Assembly: GCA_014905635.1 (NCBI GenBank)
Contig: JABVCE010000036.1
Coordinates: 186,001-250,000, forward strand
Length of the DNA stretch: 64,000 bases
Direction: 5' to 3'
Source: Scenedesmus sp. PABB004
Taxonomy: Eukaryota
The notes below the pieces were generated by a model. The model was not told the DNA's origin. It worked only from the letters and a program-made list of their open reading frames with translations, and searched no databases. Below, piece after piece: positions 54,540-64,000 of the stretch; the stretch's first letter is position 1; every line of letters begins with the position of its first letter. A program made the translations under genes and the position numbers.

Positions 54540-57342
54540 ATGCAGGTGGCGCGGCCGCACTCGACCGGCCTGGCGCCTGGCGGTGCCGTGCGGATGCGGT
54601 TGACGGCCCCGAAGCTGGCGGGCGCCTTCGCCTGCGCGTCGCGCCGCCCGGCCGTCGCGCGCGCCGCGGCGCCGGCGCCCGGCGGCCGCGCAGCGGCGGC
54701 GCCGGCGCCGGCGCTGCTGGCGCGCGGCAGGGGGCGCGCCGCGCCGCGCGTGCTCTGCCGCTCGAGCCCCGCGCCGGGCGCGGCCAGCCGCAGCTGGCGG
54801 CGGGGGCTGTGGACGGCGCTGGACGCGGCGGCGCTGCTCGGCTCGGTCGGCGGCGCGCTCGCGGCGCTGCTGGGCTGGGCGAGCCCCACCTACGCCCTCA
54901 TACTGCCCCTGGTGCTGCCGGTGGTGTCGCTCATCGCGGCGCTGCAGCGCGAGGACCTCACGCACCAGGAGGGCGCGGCCGCGCTCGCCGGCCTGCGCGG
55001 CACGCTCGGCGCCGACGGCGGCGCGCTGCTGCGCGGGACGGCGGCCGCGATCGATGAGGTGCGCCCGCAGGCGGCGGCCCCGCGCGCGGCGCGGGCCGGC
55101 GCGCGCTGAGCCACCGCGCCGCCGGCCGGGACCCGCGCAGGTGCGCTCCGAGGTGCGCGCCCAGGCGGCCGCGTCGGGCCGGCTGGCGGCGCTCGAGGAC
55201 AAGCTGGCCGTCCTGGAGGGCGCGGTGGTGGGCGCAGGTGGGCGAGCGCCGAGCGCTGCCGCGCGGCGGGCGCCGTGCGGCGGCGGCGCGCCCGCGCGCG
55301 CCGAGCGCCGCCTGCCCCCGCACGCGCGCGCCGCAGCGCGCAACTCGCGCGAGGCCGCGGTGCGCGTCAACACGCTGGGCGCGAGCCTGGGCCTGGTGCT
55401 GCAGCAGCAGGGCCCCGCCGCGCTGGGCGCGGGCCCCGGCGCGCAGGCGAACGCCGCGGCGCTGGCGGGCATGGTCGCCGGGGAGGTGCTGCCCATGCTC
55501 AAGGCGGAGCTGGCCAGCGGGCTGGGGCCGTGGCTGGCAGAGCAGGGCGCAGCGATGAAGCGTCTGGACACGCGCCTCGCGGTGCGCCGGCCGTGACGGG
55601 GCGCGCGCCGGAGCGCGCACGCGCGCGCGCGCGGCCGCGCCGCCCGGGCTCGCCGCCCTGCCTCGCCTGCCCTTAGCGCCGTGCCGGCCCGCGCCGGGCG
55701 CACAGGTGGTGGAGGGCTCGCTGGCGGGGCTGGAGATGGCGCAGAGCGAGGGCCTGCGCCGCCTGGGAGGGAGCATCACCAGCAGCCTCACCGACGCGGA
55801 GGCAAGCCTGCAGAGCTCCGTGCGCGTGGAGGTGGCGGCCGCGGTGGAGCCGCTCAGGCAGCTGCCCCAGCTCGTGGCCGCGGCGGCGGCCAAGGCGGCG
55901 GCCGCGCAGGCGGGCCAGCCCACGGGCGCGGCCGGCGCAGAGGCGGTCGCCGGCGAGGCCGCGGTGCCTGGCGCCCCTGGCGGCGCGGGCCTGGTGGACC
56001 CTGCGGCGCTGGCACAGGAGCTGCGCGAGCTGGTGGCGGCGGAGGTGGCGGCGGCCACGGCACAGCTGGGGGGCCAGCAGGTGCGCGGCAGCCGCTGCGG
56101 CCGCAGCGCAGCTGAGCCGGCGCTGGCGGCAGCTCCCCGCCTCTGCGCTTGCAGCCCCCATGCCCCCCCCCCCACCTGCCCTGCCCCGACCGCCCGCCAG
56201 GCCGACATCCTGGCTGCCCTGGCCGCGCCGCCGCGCCCCGCGCTGCTGGCTGAGGAGCAGTGGGACGCGCTCGGCCGCCGCCTGGCGCGCCTGGAGCGCC
56301 TGGTGGGCTCCCTGCCCGAAATGGGTGAGACGGCGGTGGCGGGGCAGCTCGCGCCGCTGCTGGCGGCGCAGCAGGCGGCCGCCGACGCGCAGCAGGTGGC
56401 GCTGGGCCAGCTGGGCGCCGCCGCGGAGCGCCTCGGCGGCAGCACCGAGCGCGCCGCCGCGCTGGCGGACGAGCTGCAGGGCGTGGCTGGCCGGCTGGAG
56501 GCGGCGACCGCGCAGCTGCTCGGCGGCAGCGCCGCCGACGGCGGCGGCAGCGCGCTGGCCGCTGCGGGCGCCGACGCGGCGCGCATGCTGGAGCGCCTGC
56601 AGGGCAGCGTCACGCAGCTGCTGGACCAGCAGCAGCAGCAGCAGCAGCCGCCGGCGGCCGACCCCGGCCCGCTGCTCGAGTCGCTTGCCGCCCAGGTCGC
56701 GGGCCTGGGCGCGTCGCTGCAGCAGGTGCAGATGGACATGCCGCTCCAGATCCAGCTGGCGGTGGGCTCCGCGGCGTCGCAGCAGGCCGCCGCCCGCGGC
56801 GACGCGTTTGACGGCGCCGCGTTTGATGACGGCGGCGGCGCGTCCGCCGCGGCCGCGGCGTCCGCGGCCACCGCCGCCGCAGCCGCCTCGAGCGCGGCGC
56901 AGGGCGTGGCGGAGCTGCGCCAGCAGCTGGGCGGCGTGGCGGCGGCGTGCTACGACCTGCGCGCGCAGGTCAGCACGCTTGCGGCGCAGGTCGCGGCGCA
57001 GCAGGCGGCGACGCTCGGCGCCGCGCAGGAGGCCGCCGTCGCGCAGGCGCGCGACACCGAGGCGGTGGTCGCCGCGGCGCAGCAGCAGCTCGCGGACGCG
57101 GGCGGCCAGCTGAGCCGGGAGCTGGCCGACCAGCTCGCAGCGCTGTGCGGCGGCCTGGAGCAGCAGCTGCAGGGGCTGCAGCAGCAGCTGGTGGCGGTCG
57201 CCGCGTCGGCGGCGAGCCGGGCGGCGACGGAGGCGGCGGCGGCCGCCGCTGCTGCCGCCGCGGCGGCGCCCGTGGCGCCCGGCGCGCCGCTGGGCCTGCC
57301 GCAGCAGATCGAGGGCGGCGCCGCGGGCGACGGCAACGTTGT

Positions 57343-57384
<42 letters not shown>

Positions 57385-58519
57385 CGACCAGGTCACAGCG
57401 GGTGGCTGGGCTGGGTATCAGCAGCCCCCGGGCGAGGGCACAGTCGCGCCGGACGCCGCGCCGCCGCTTGCGTCTGCCTGGCCGGCGCCCGTCGGCGCGG
57501 AGGGCGGCGTCTGGCCCGACGCTGCAGCGGCGGGCGCGCCGCCGCCGCTGCAGCAGCAGCAGCCGCAGCAGGCGCCGGCCGCGGTGGCGGACGCCCCGGC
57601 GCTCGCGCTCCCTGACGTCGCGGGGCTGAGCGAGGAGGCGCTGCGCACCGAGGGGCTGCGCCTGCTGCGCGCGGGGCGCCAGGCCACGCGCGGCAGCGGC
57701 GGCTACGCGGCCGGCCCCGACTACGCCGCCGCCGAGGCGCAGCTCCAGGCGGCGGCCGCGTGCTTCAGCGCGGCGGTCGCGTCGGCGCCCAGCGACACGC
57801 GCGCGCTCGGCAACCTGGGCAACGTGCTGCTGGCGCAGGGCGAGCTCAAGCAGGGCCTGCTCGACGAGCTGCGCCTCAGCGCGGCGCAGGGCGGCCTGGA
57901 GCTCGGCCCCGGCGGCGCGGCGAGCCTGGGCGCGGCGGAGGCGCGCCTGCGGTGCGCTGCAGGGCTCTCGCGCGCGCGGGGACGCTCGCGGCGGCCGCGC
58001 CGCGCCGACGCCCGCGCCGCCGCCGCCGCCGCCGCTCACGCGCACGCGCCCGCCCGCGCGCCGTCCGCGCGCAGATCCGAGGCGGCGGGGCTGCTCACGC
58101 GGGCGGGCGAGATCTTCCGGTCAGTGCTGGAGGTCGACGGCTGGAGCAGCCGCGCGCTGGTCAACTGGGGCAAGGCGCTCGTCGGGCGCGCCGAGCTCGC
58201 GGCCGAGCGCGGCGCGGCGGTCAAGCTCTACAGCGCGGCGCTGGACAAGTTTGAGGCGGTGCTCGAGGAGGAGCCGGGCCTGCCCGTCGCGCAGTACCGC
58301 GCCGCGCTGGCCATGATCGGCCTCGCAGCCCTGCAGGCGCCGCCCGGCACCGGCGGCGCCGGCGGCGGTGGCGGCGGCCGCGCGTCGCGCGAGCTGCTCG
58401 CCGACGCGGCGCGCTACCTGGGCGACGTGCTCGGCGGCAGCGGCGACGAGGGGCTGCGCGAGGCGGCGGGCGCGGCGCTCGCGGCGCTGCAGGCGGGGGC
58501 GCCGCCGCCGCTGCGGTGA
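54540..58519 (+). CDS. Plastid-targeted membrane-anchored coiled-coil protein with C-terminal TPR-like domain, about 6 exons
   Basis: Transit peptide, two TM helices ([35 protein letters not shown]), long Ala/Gln/Leu coiled coil, then [17 protein letters not shown] and [16 protein letters not shown]...[10 protein letters not shown]. Confidence 0.75.
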
Positions 58520-59398
58520 AGCCGGAGCAGGGGTCGTCGCGTTGCACGACCGCCGCGCGGCAACTCGGTGCCCCGCCCCAGCCCCAAAATTGGTGGAGAG
58601 CGCGCCCTCGTTCGCTCTTCGCGCGCCGCGAGCCTCAGTCGATCCCTCACAGCACACACACACACACGCTGCTGCTAGCAAACGACACTTCGCAGCATTG
58701 CTGCGAAACGCGCCGGCGCGCCCACACCGCGCCACCGGCGCAGCCCATGCGGGGGCGCGGTCGGATGCCTTGCTAATGTACAAAAAAGGGCGCCTGTTGG
58801 CGCGCGCGTGCGGGTGCAGGGCCTGGCGGCGCAGGCGTGCGACTCCCTGCAGTGTCTCAGCAAGGCCAGGAACCATGGGGCCAGCCCAAACGCGCAGCGC
58901 CGCACCACCAGAACCACGCGACCGGCGCCGCACCAGCCGCCAAGCAGGCCACCACCACAGCACCACCGTCGGCGCCACATCTCGGCAGAGGAATGGGGGT
59001 TGGAGGGAGGGGGGCTCTGCGCCCGCGGGCGCAGAGCTCCCAGGTCGCCGTGCCGCGTGACCGCAACTCGTGCCTCGCCTTTATTGTTCAGGCCGCAAGC
59101 GCGCCCGCCCGCGGGCCTCGGCGCGCTGCTCCGGGCCGGGGGGCCGCGCCGCCGCCGCCACTGCCGCCGGCGGCGCCCCAGCCGCTCATGGCGCGTGCGG
59201 GCCCGCCGCCGAGCTGGGCGCGGCGCCGCGGGCTCGCCGCGGCAGTCTCTCACTCTGCCAAGAAGCCGCCCGCGCGCGCGCGGGCCGGCAGGTCGGACGC
59301 CCCCGCGCCGCCACGCCGAGCGTGCCCGACTGTCAGTCAGCTCGCAGTCCGTGTTCAGTCGCGCCTCCTGCCCCATCCGCCCCACGTTCAGTCGTGCC

Positions 59399-60349
59399 TC
59401 ACAGCCCCTTGATGAGGCTCCAGTACTCGTAGGGGTCCTGGCAGGGAGTGAGGCAGCCGCGGCGGCGGGCGCGGCGGCGTGGGCGCGGCGCGGCGCAGGC
59501 GCTGCGAGGCGCGGCGCTGCGAGCCGCGGCGGCCGGGCGCCCCCCCCCCCCCCCCACACACACACAGGCCTTCCCTCCGAGCCCCCAGCGAGCCCCAGGG
59601 CCTGCCAGCCCTTCAAGCGGCCGCCGCCGCGCACCATGCCGTGGATCTTGTACGCCCGCTTGCCGCCGCGCGGCGCGCCGGCCGCGGCCTGCTGCTGCTG
59701 CTCCGCGCGCGCCGCCGACGGGCTGTCGAGCGCGCCCGCGGTCGGGCTGCCCAGCGACAGCGTCTCCGACGCGTCTGCGTGACGGCGCGCGGCGGCGGCG
59801 GTCGGGCGCGTCGCTCGCGCTGGAGGAGCAGCGGCGACCGGACGCGCTCGCGCGCGCGCGCAGCTGGGGCACGCGCATGCAGCTGGCCACCAATCAGCGC
59901 TGAACGTGCTGCACGGGCTGTGGCTAAACTCCTGCCCCTCTCTTTTGGCTGCCCCTCGCTGTTCGCGGCGCGCTGCCATCCCAGCTGCTCCCACGCCGCG
60001 CTGAGCCCTCCGCCACCCAGCGCGGGCGCTCGCCGCACCTGACACGCTTCCGGGCGCCTCCACGCGGGCGGGCAGGCTCACGCTCGTGCGCAGGGGTACG
60101 CCGGCCCAGGCGGGCGCGGCCGGGCTGCCCTGCGCCTCCGCGGGCTCGGGATCTGCGCGGCGGCCTGCGCGTGAGCCGGGGCACCCCTGGGCGCCGCGGC
60201 TGGGGGCCTGCGCGCGCGGCGGGCTCACCGGCAGCTGCCGACCCCGCCACCGCGCGGCGCAGGCTGTGCCCGTGGCCCTGGCTGGCCTCCAGGTCGTGCG
60301 AGAAGGTCCGGGTGAGCCCGGACAGCAAGCGCTCCATCGCGACGCGCAT
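59399..60349 (-). CDS. Small hypothetical protein, probably 4 exons
   Basis: MRVAMERLLSGLTRTFSHDLEASQ...|DPEPAEAQ...|DASETLSLGSP...KRAYKIHGM|DPYEYWSLIKGL*. GT-AG junctions join in frame. Middle exon choice is uncertain. Confidence 0.55.
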
Positions 60350-60998
60350 GAGCGGCGCGCCCGGCAGCGAGGGCTGCCGCGGGTGCGTGGGCGGGCGGGG
60401 CGGAGTCCTGGGGGTCTGGCACCTCTCACGTGGGCGGTGGCTCGGGCGCAGCACTCAGCACCACTGGGCGGGGAGAGGCGGCCTGCCCTGGCTGAACGAG
60501 GGGCCATGCCCTAGACCTCCGACGGGGCTGAACGCCTGCTCGCCGCGCGTAGGTCGGCGGCGCCGGCGTCAACGCTGGCGCGGGTGCTCAACCGCGACCT
60601 GGCCGGCCTCGGCACGCGCCCGGACGCCCCCGCTCGGCGCAACCGACGGCGCCGTGCGCGCGATCCTGGGAGGACCAGCCCCAGCACGAGTTTCACGCCG
60701 CCGCTGGCGCCGCGAGCGGCTCCCTGGGACGTCGCAACACGCACGCCGGACGCGCGCGGGGCCGCCGCGCGCCCCTGGCGGCCAGCGCCGCGAGGCACCA
60801 GCGCAGCGCACGAGCTGCCGCGCGCGCGGCCGCCGCGCGCGGCGGCACCAGCCCTCTTGCGTCCCCATCTGTGGCCCCTCTCTCCCTCTCGCTCTCCCTC
60901 ACTCACCAACGGCTCCTGCTGCTGCGCCGCCACCCGACGGCCGCCCGCCCGACACCCCGGCCGCCGTGCCACGGCGCGCCGCCGCGGCGCGCGCGCAG

Positions 60999-63657
60999 CT
61001 ACTTTTTGACGAGGAAGTACTTTTTGGGTATCTGGTACGTCCGCGTCAGCCACTCAGGCAGCTTGTCGACCACGTTACCCTGCACACGCGCGGGCGCGCG
61101 GGCGCGGCGGCAGCATCGGCGCGCGCGCGCGAGCCCGCGCGCCGCGCCAGCCGCCAGAGCCCCCGGCGCGGACGGCGCGCGCCCGCGCCGCGCCTGCAAG
61201 ATGACCTCCTGGCCCGGGTTGTGCTTGCCGGGCAGGTCGGCGACGCTCGTCGCGGCCGCGTACTTGCGCTGCGCCTCGGACGCCACCGCGGCGGGGTCCA
61301 CGCTGCGGACGCGCGGCGGCGCGGGGCGGGGGCGCACGCACGCCCGTCAGCACTTCGGGGCGCCACCGCGCGGGCAGTCCCCCTGCACGCCGCGCGCAGC
61401 GCTCACAGGAACGCCTCCAGGCCGGTGACGCGGGTGACGTACTTGTTGCCCTGCCGCCGCTCGCCGCTGATGCACACCGCGGGCGGCGCGCCCTTGCGCA
61501 GCAGGCGGCGCTCGCCGCGGCGCACGCAGGTCTGGGGCGCCATGCGGCGCAGGAACGCGTCACGCAGCTCCGCCTTGGGGATGTGGGTGGGGAAGAGCTC
61601 GCCCTTGCGCAGCACGCCCTTGAACAGCGCGTCGCCTGAGGCCGCACGCGGCGCGGCGCGGCGCGGCGCGGCGCGGCGCGGCGCGGCGCGGCGGGGCCGG
61701 CGGGCTCGGCGCAGCGCAGGCGCAGGCGGCGCGGGCGTGCGGCGGCGGGGGCGCGCGGCGGCGGCGGCGCGCTCACAGAGCACCGGGTCCAGCATGATGA
61801 TGGTCGGGTCGGGCGCCATGGCGTCCAGGCCCGCCACGGCCGCGTAGTCAAATGGCACGCACCCCGCCGCGGCGGCGCTGTAGTAGCCGTCGGGATCGGC
61901 GCCCACCGCCTCAAAGATGGCTGCGGCGCGGCGCGGCGCGGCGCGGCGCGCTCTGGGCGCAGCGCGGTGGCGCGCGCCGCCGGCCGCCTGCCGACTGCTG
62001 CGCGGCGGCGCCCCCGTCACCCCTCCCCGGGACTCACGCTTGACCTCCCGGCTGGGCTTGTAAACCTCCTCCACCTCCAGCGGCGGCAGTGCCGCCTCGC
62101 CGCCCGCCGCGGCGCCCCCTGCCGCCCCGGCGCCGCCCGGCGCGGCGCTCGCGCTCGCGCCGGCGGTCTTATAAGGCCTGTGTTCCTGCAGCAGCGCGTG
62201 GCCGCGGTGCACGGCCGTCACGATGGTGTCGCCGCTGTGCTTGTCCTCCTTGGTGCTCAGCAGGCCCGCCCTGGCGTACGCCTGCGCGCGCGGCGGGAGC
62301 GCGACTGGAGCGGTGCGCCGGCGGGCGGCCGCGGGCGGCGGCAGCGCCCGGGGCGCCCCGGGGCTCACTGCGAGGAACTTGGAGACTTTCTTGTGGCTGC
62401 TGCGCTTGACGTCCAGCAGCGTGCCCGGCGGCCGCGAGGGCGTAATGTGCTGGCTCCACAGCCCCGCGCTCGGCAGCGGCAGGTCGCCGTCCTTCACGCT
62501 CTTGGCCAGCGCCTGGCGGCCGCGGAGGCGGCGGCGGCGGCGCGACGCCCGGTGCGTGAGCAGCGCACCTGCCGCGGCGCAGCGGCCACAGGCGGCCGGC
62601 CCGCACCTGCAGCAGCGCCAGCTCCAGGAGCTTGTCCATGTTGTCAGGCCACTCGCTGCCGGCCGCTGCCGCCGCCGCCACTGCTGCGCCGTCGCCCCCG
62701 CCGGCCGGCTGCTGCGCGGGCTGCTCAGCACCGGCCGCCAGCGACAGCCCCGCCACGCCCGCCGCCGGCGCGCCCGCGCCGCTGTCGCTGTCGCCGCCGT
62801 CGCTGTCCTCGGCCGCGGCGGCCGCCGCGGCCGCTTCCGCGCCGCCGGCGGCGACCAGCTCCGGCGGCACGACCAGGCCCGGCAGGAACCCGGGGTTGGG
62901 CGTCTCGCCCCGGCCGAGGCCCGCCCACAGCGCGTCGCCGTAGAACTGAACCAGCTCCACCAGCCGCCCCCGCGGCGCCGCGCCCGCCGCCGCCGCCGCG
63001 GCCGCGTCGCTGGCCATCGCGGCGACGCCGACCGCGATGGCGCACGGGTTGCCCGGCACGGCGACGGCGAGCAGGTCGCCGGCCGCAAACGCGGGCAGGC
63101 TCTCCGGCTCCACGCCGGGCAGCATCACGTCCGCGCCTGCGCCGCGCGCCGCGGCGGGGCGAGCGTGGGCGCGGCCGCCTGCGCCGGCGCCCGCTGACGG
63201 CGCCGGCCGCCGCGCCGCTCTGCGCGCACCTTGCAGGATGAAGCGCGACACGGCGTGGTGCCGCAGCAGCACGACCGGCAGCGCGCCCGGCGCCGCCCAG
63301 AGCCCCATCACTGTTGGGCTGAGGTCACCCTTGCCGCTGGCGTCGAGAAGCACGGGGCGGCCGTCCAGCAGGTACAACACGGCGCGGCTCGGCGCGGGCA
63401 GCTTGGCGAGCTCCAGGTCGCCCGCCTTGGCGGGCAGCAGCGCCTCCAGGGCATCGCTGTCCGGGCCCAGGCGCAGCGCCCGCTCCAGCGACCTGCGGCG
63501 CGCGGCGCTGGGCACGCCGGGCGCGCGCGCCGCCGCCGCCGGCGCCGCCGGCGCTGCGACGGCCTGGCCGTCAGCCGTGCACGCACCGCCGGAGCTTCTT
63601 GCGGTCCGCGCCCGAGACCTTGTGCGTCTGGTTGACGGCAAAGGACTTCTTGAACAT
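60999..63657 (-). CDS. EIF2D: Eukaryotic translation initiation factor 2D (ligatin), about 9-10 exons
   Basis: MFKK...SGADRKKLRR, PTVMGLW, G|ADVMLPG (PUA), AIAVG, YGDALW, LDVKRSSHKKVSKFL, LDPVL (SWIB-like), RQGNKYVTRVTGLEAF...EVILQ|GN (SUI1). Last intron 61080-61193 is GC-AG. Confidence 0.95.
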
Positions 63658-64000
63658 GTGGCACTGCTGCTGCGCCCCCCGCGTCAGCGGGAGGGCTGCC
63701 ACCGGCGCGCTGCGCCGCCGCTGCCGCCGGCGGCCGCTGCCGCTGCTGCCGCCGATGCTGGGAGGCGCTGCTGATCGCGGTGCGCGGTCGAACGCGCAGT
63801 GCACGTCACGGACTGCGACCGGGGAGCGCTGCTCTGAGCGGTGGTGCGCGGTGGCGGGAGAGTGCAGCGCAGCGCGCGCCGGACCGCCGGGGCTCAAGCG
63901 GCGACGCCGCCATGGGGGCCCGCCAGCGCCCACGATGCCGGACATTGCCCTCGTGACACAGCACAGGTGTGCGGCTGAAACAGGCCAGTCAACCGCCGCC

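Overview
Extremely GC-rich (roughly 78-80% by eye), gene-dense nuclear DNA of an intron-rich eukaryote, most likely a chlorophycean green alga of the Sphaeropleales. The basis is TGTAA poly(A) signals, GTGCGC/GTGAGC donors, GCTCAC/GCTGAC branch-like motifs, ~100-nt introns and plastid-targeted genes. The six-frame ORF track is mostly misleading because genes are spliced and stop codons are rare at this GC content. Manual splicing gives about 22 protein-coding genes. Recognisable ones: ZMYND10-like, DOT1-like methyltransferase, an ankyrin-fused BcsA/CesA-like GT2 synthase, mTERF-like, TL29/APX4, aspartate kinase, two TPR proteins, MED18, an S1 sulfatase, CD2BP2/Lin1 with an OCRE domain, ClpR6-like, a secreted Cys-rich protein, an anticodon-binding-domain + RRM + Tgs-type methyltransferase fusion, mS26, GhrA-like reductase and eIF2D. 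The rest are hypothetical. The most notable observations are the anticodon-binding/RRM/Tgs fusion, the TM-ankyrin-GT2 synthase, ZMYND10 without a MYND finger, telomere-like (CCCTAAA) tracts inside introns, at least six GC-AG introns, and three single-base frame breaks at G/C homopolymers that are probably assembly errors. All family assignments come from motif recognition by eye; no database search was run.
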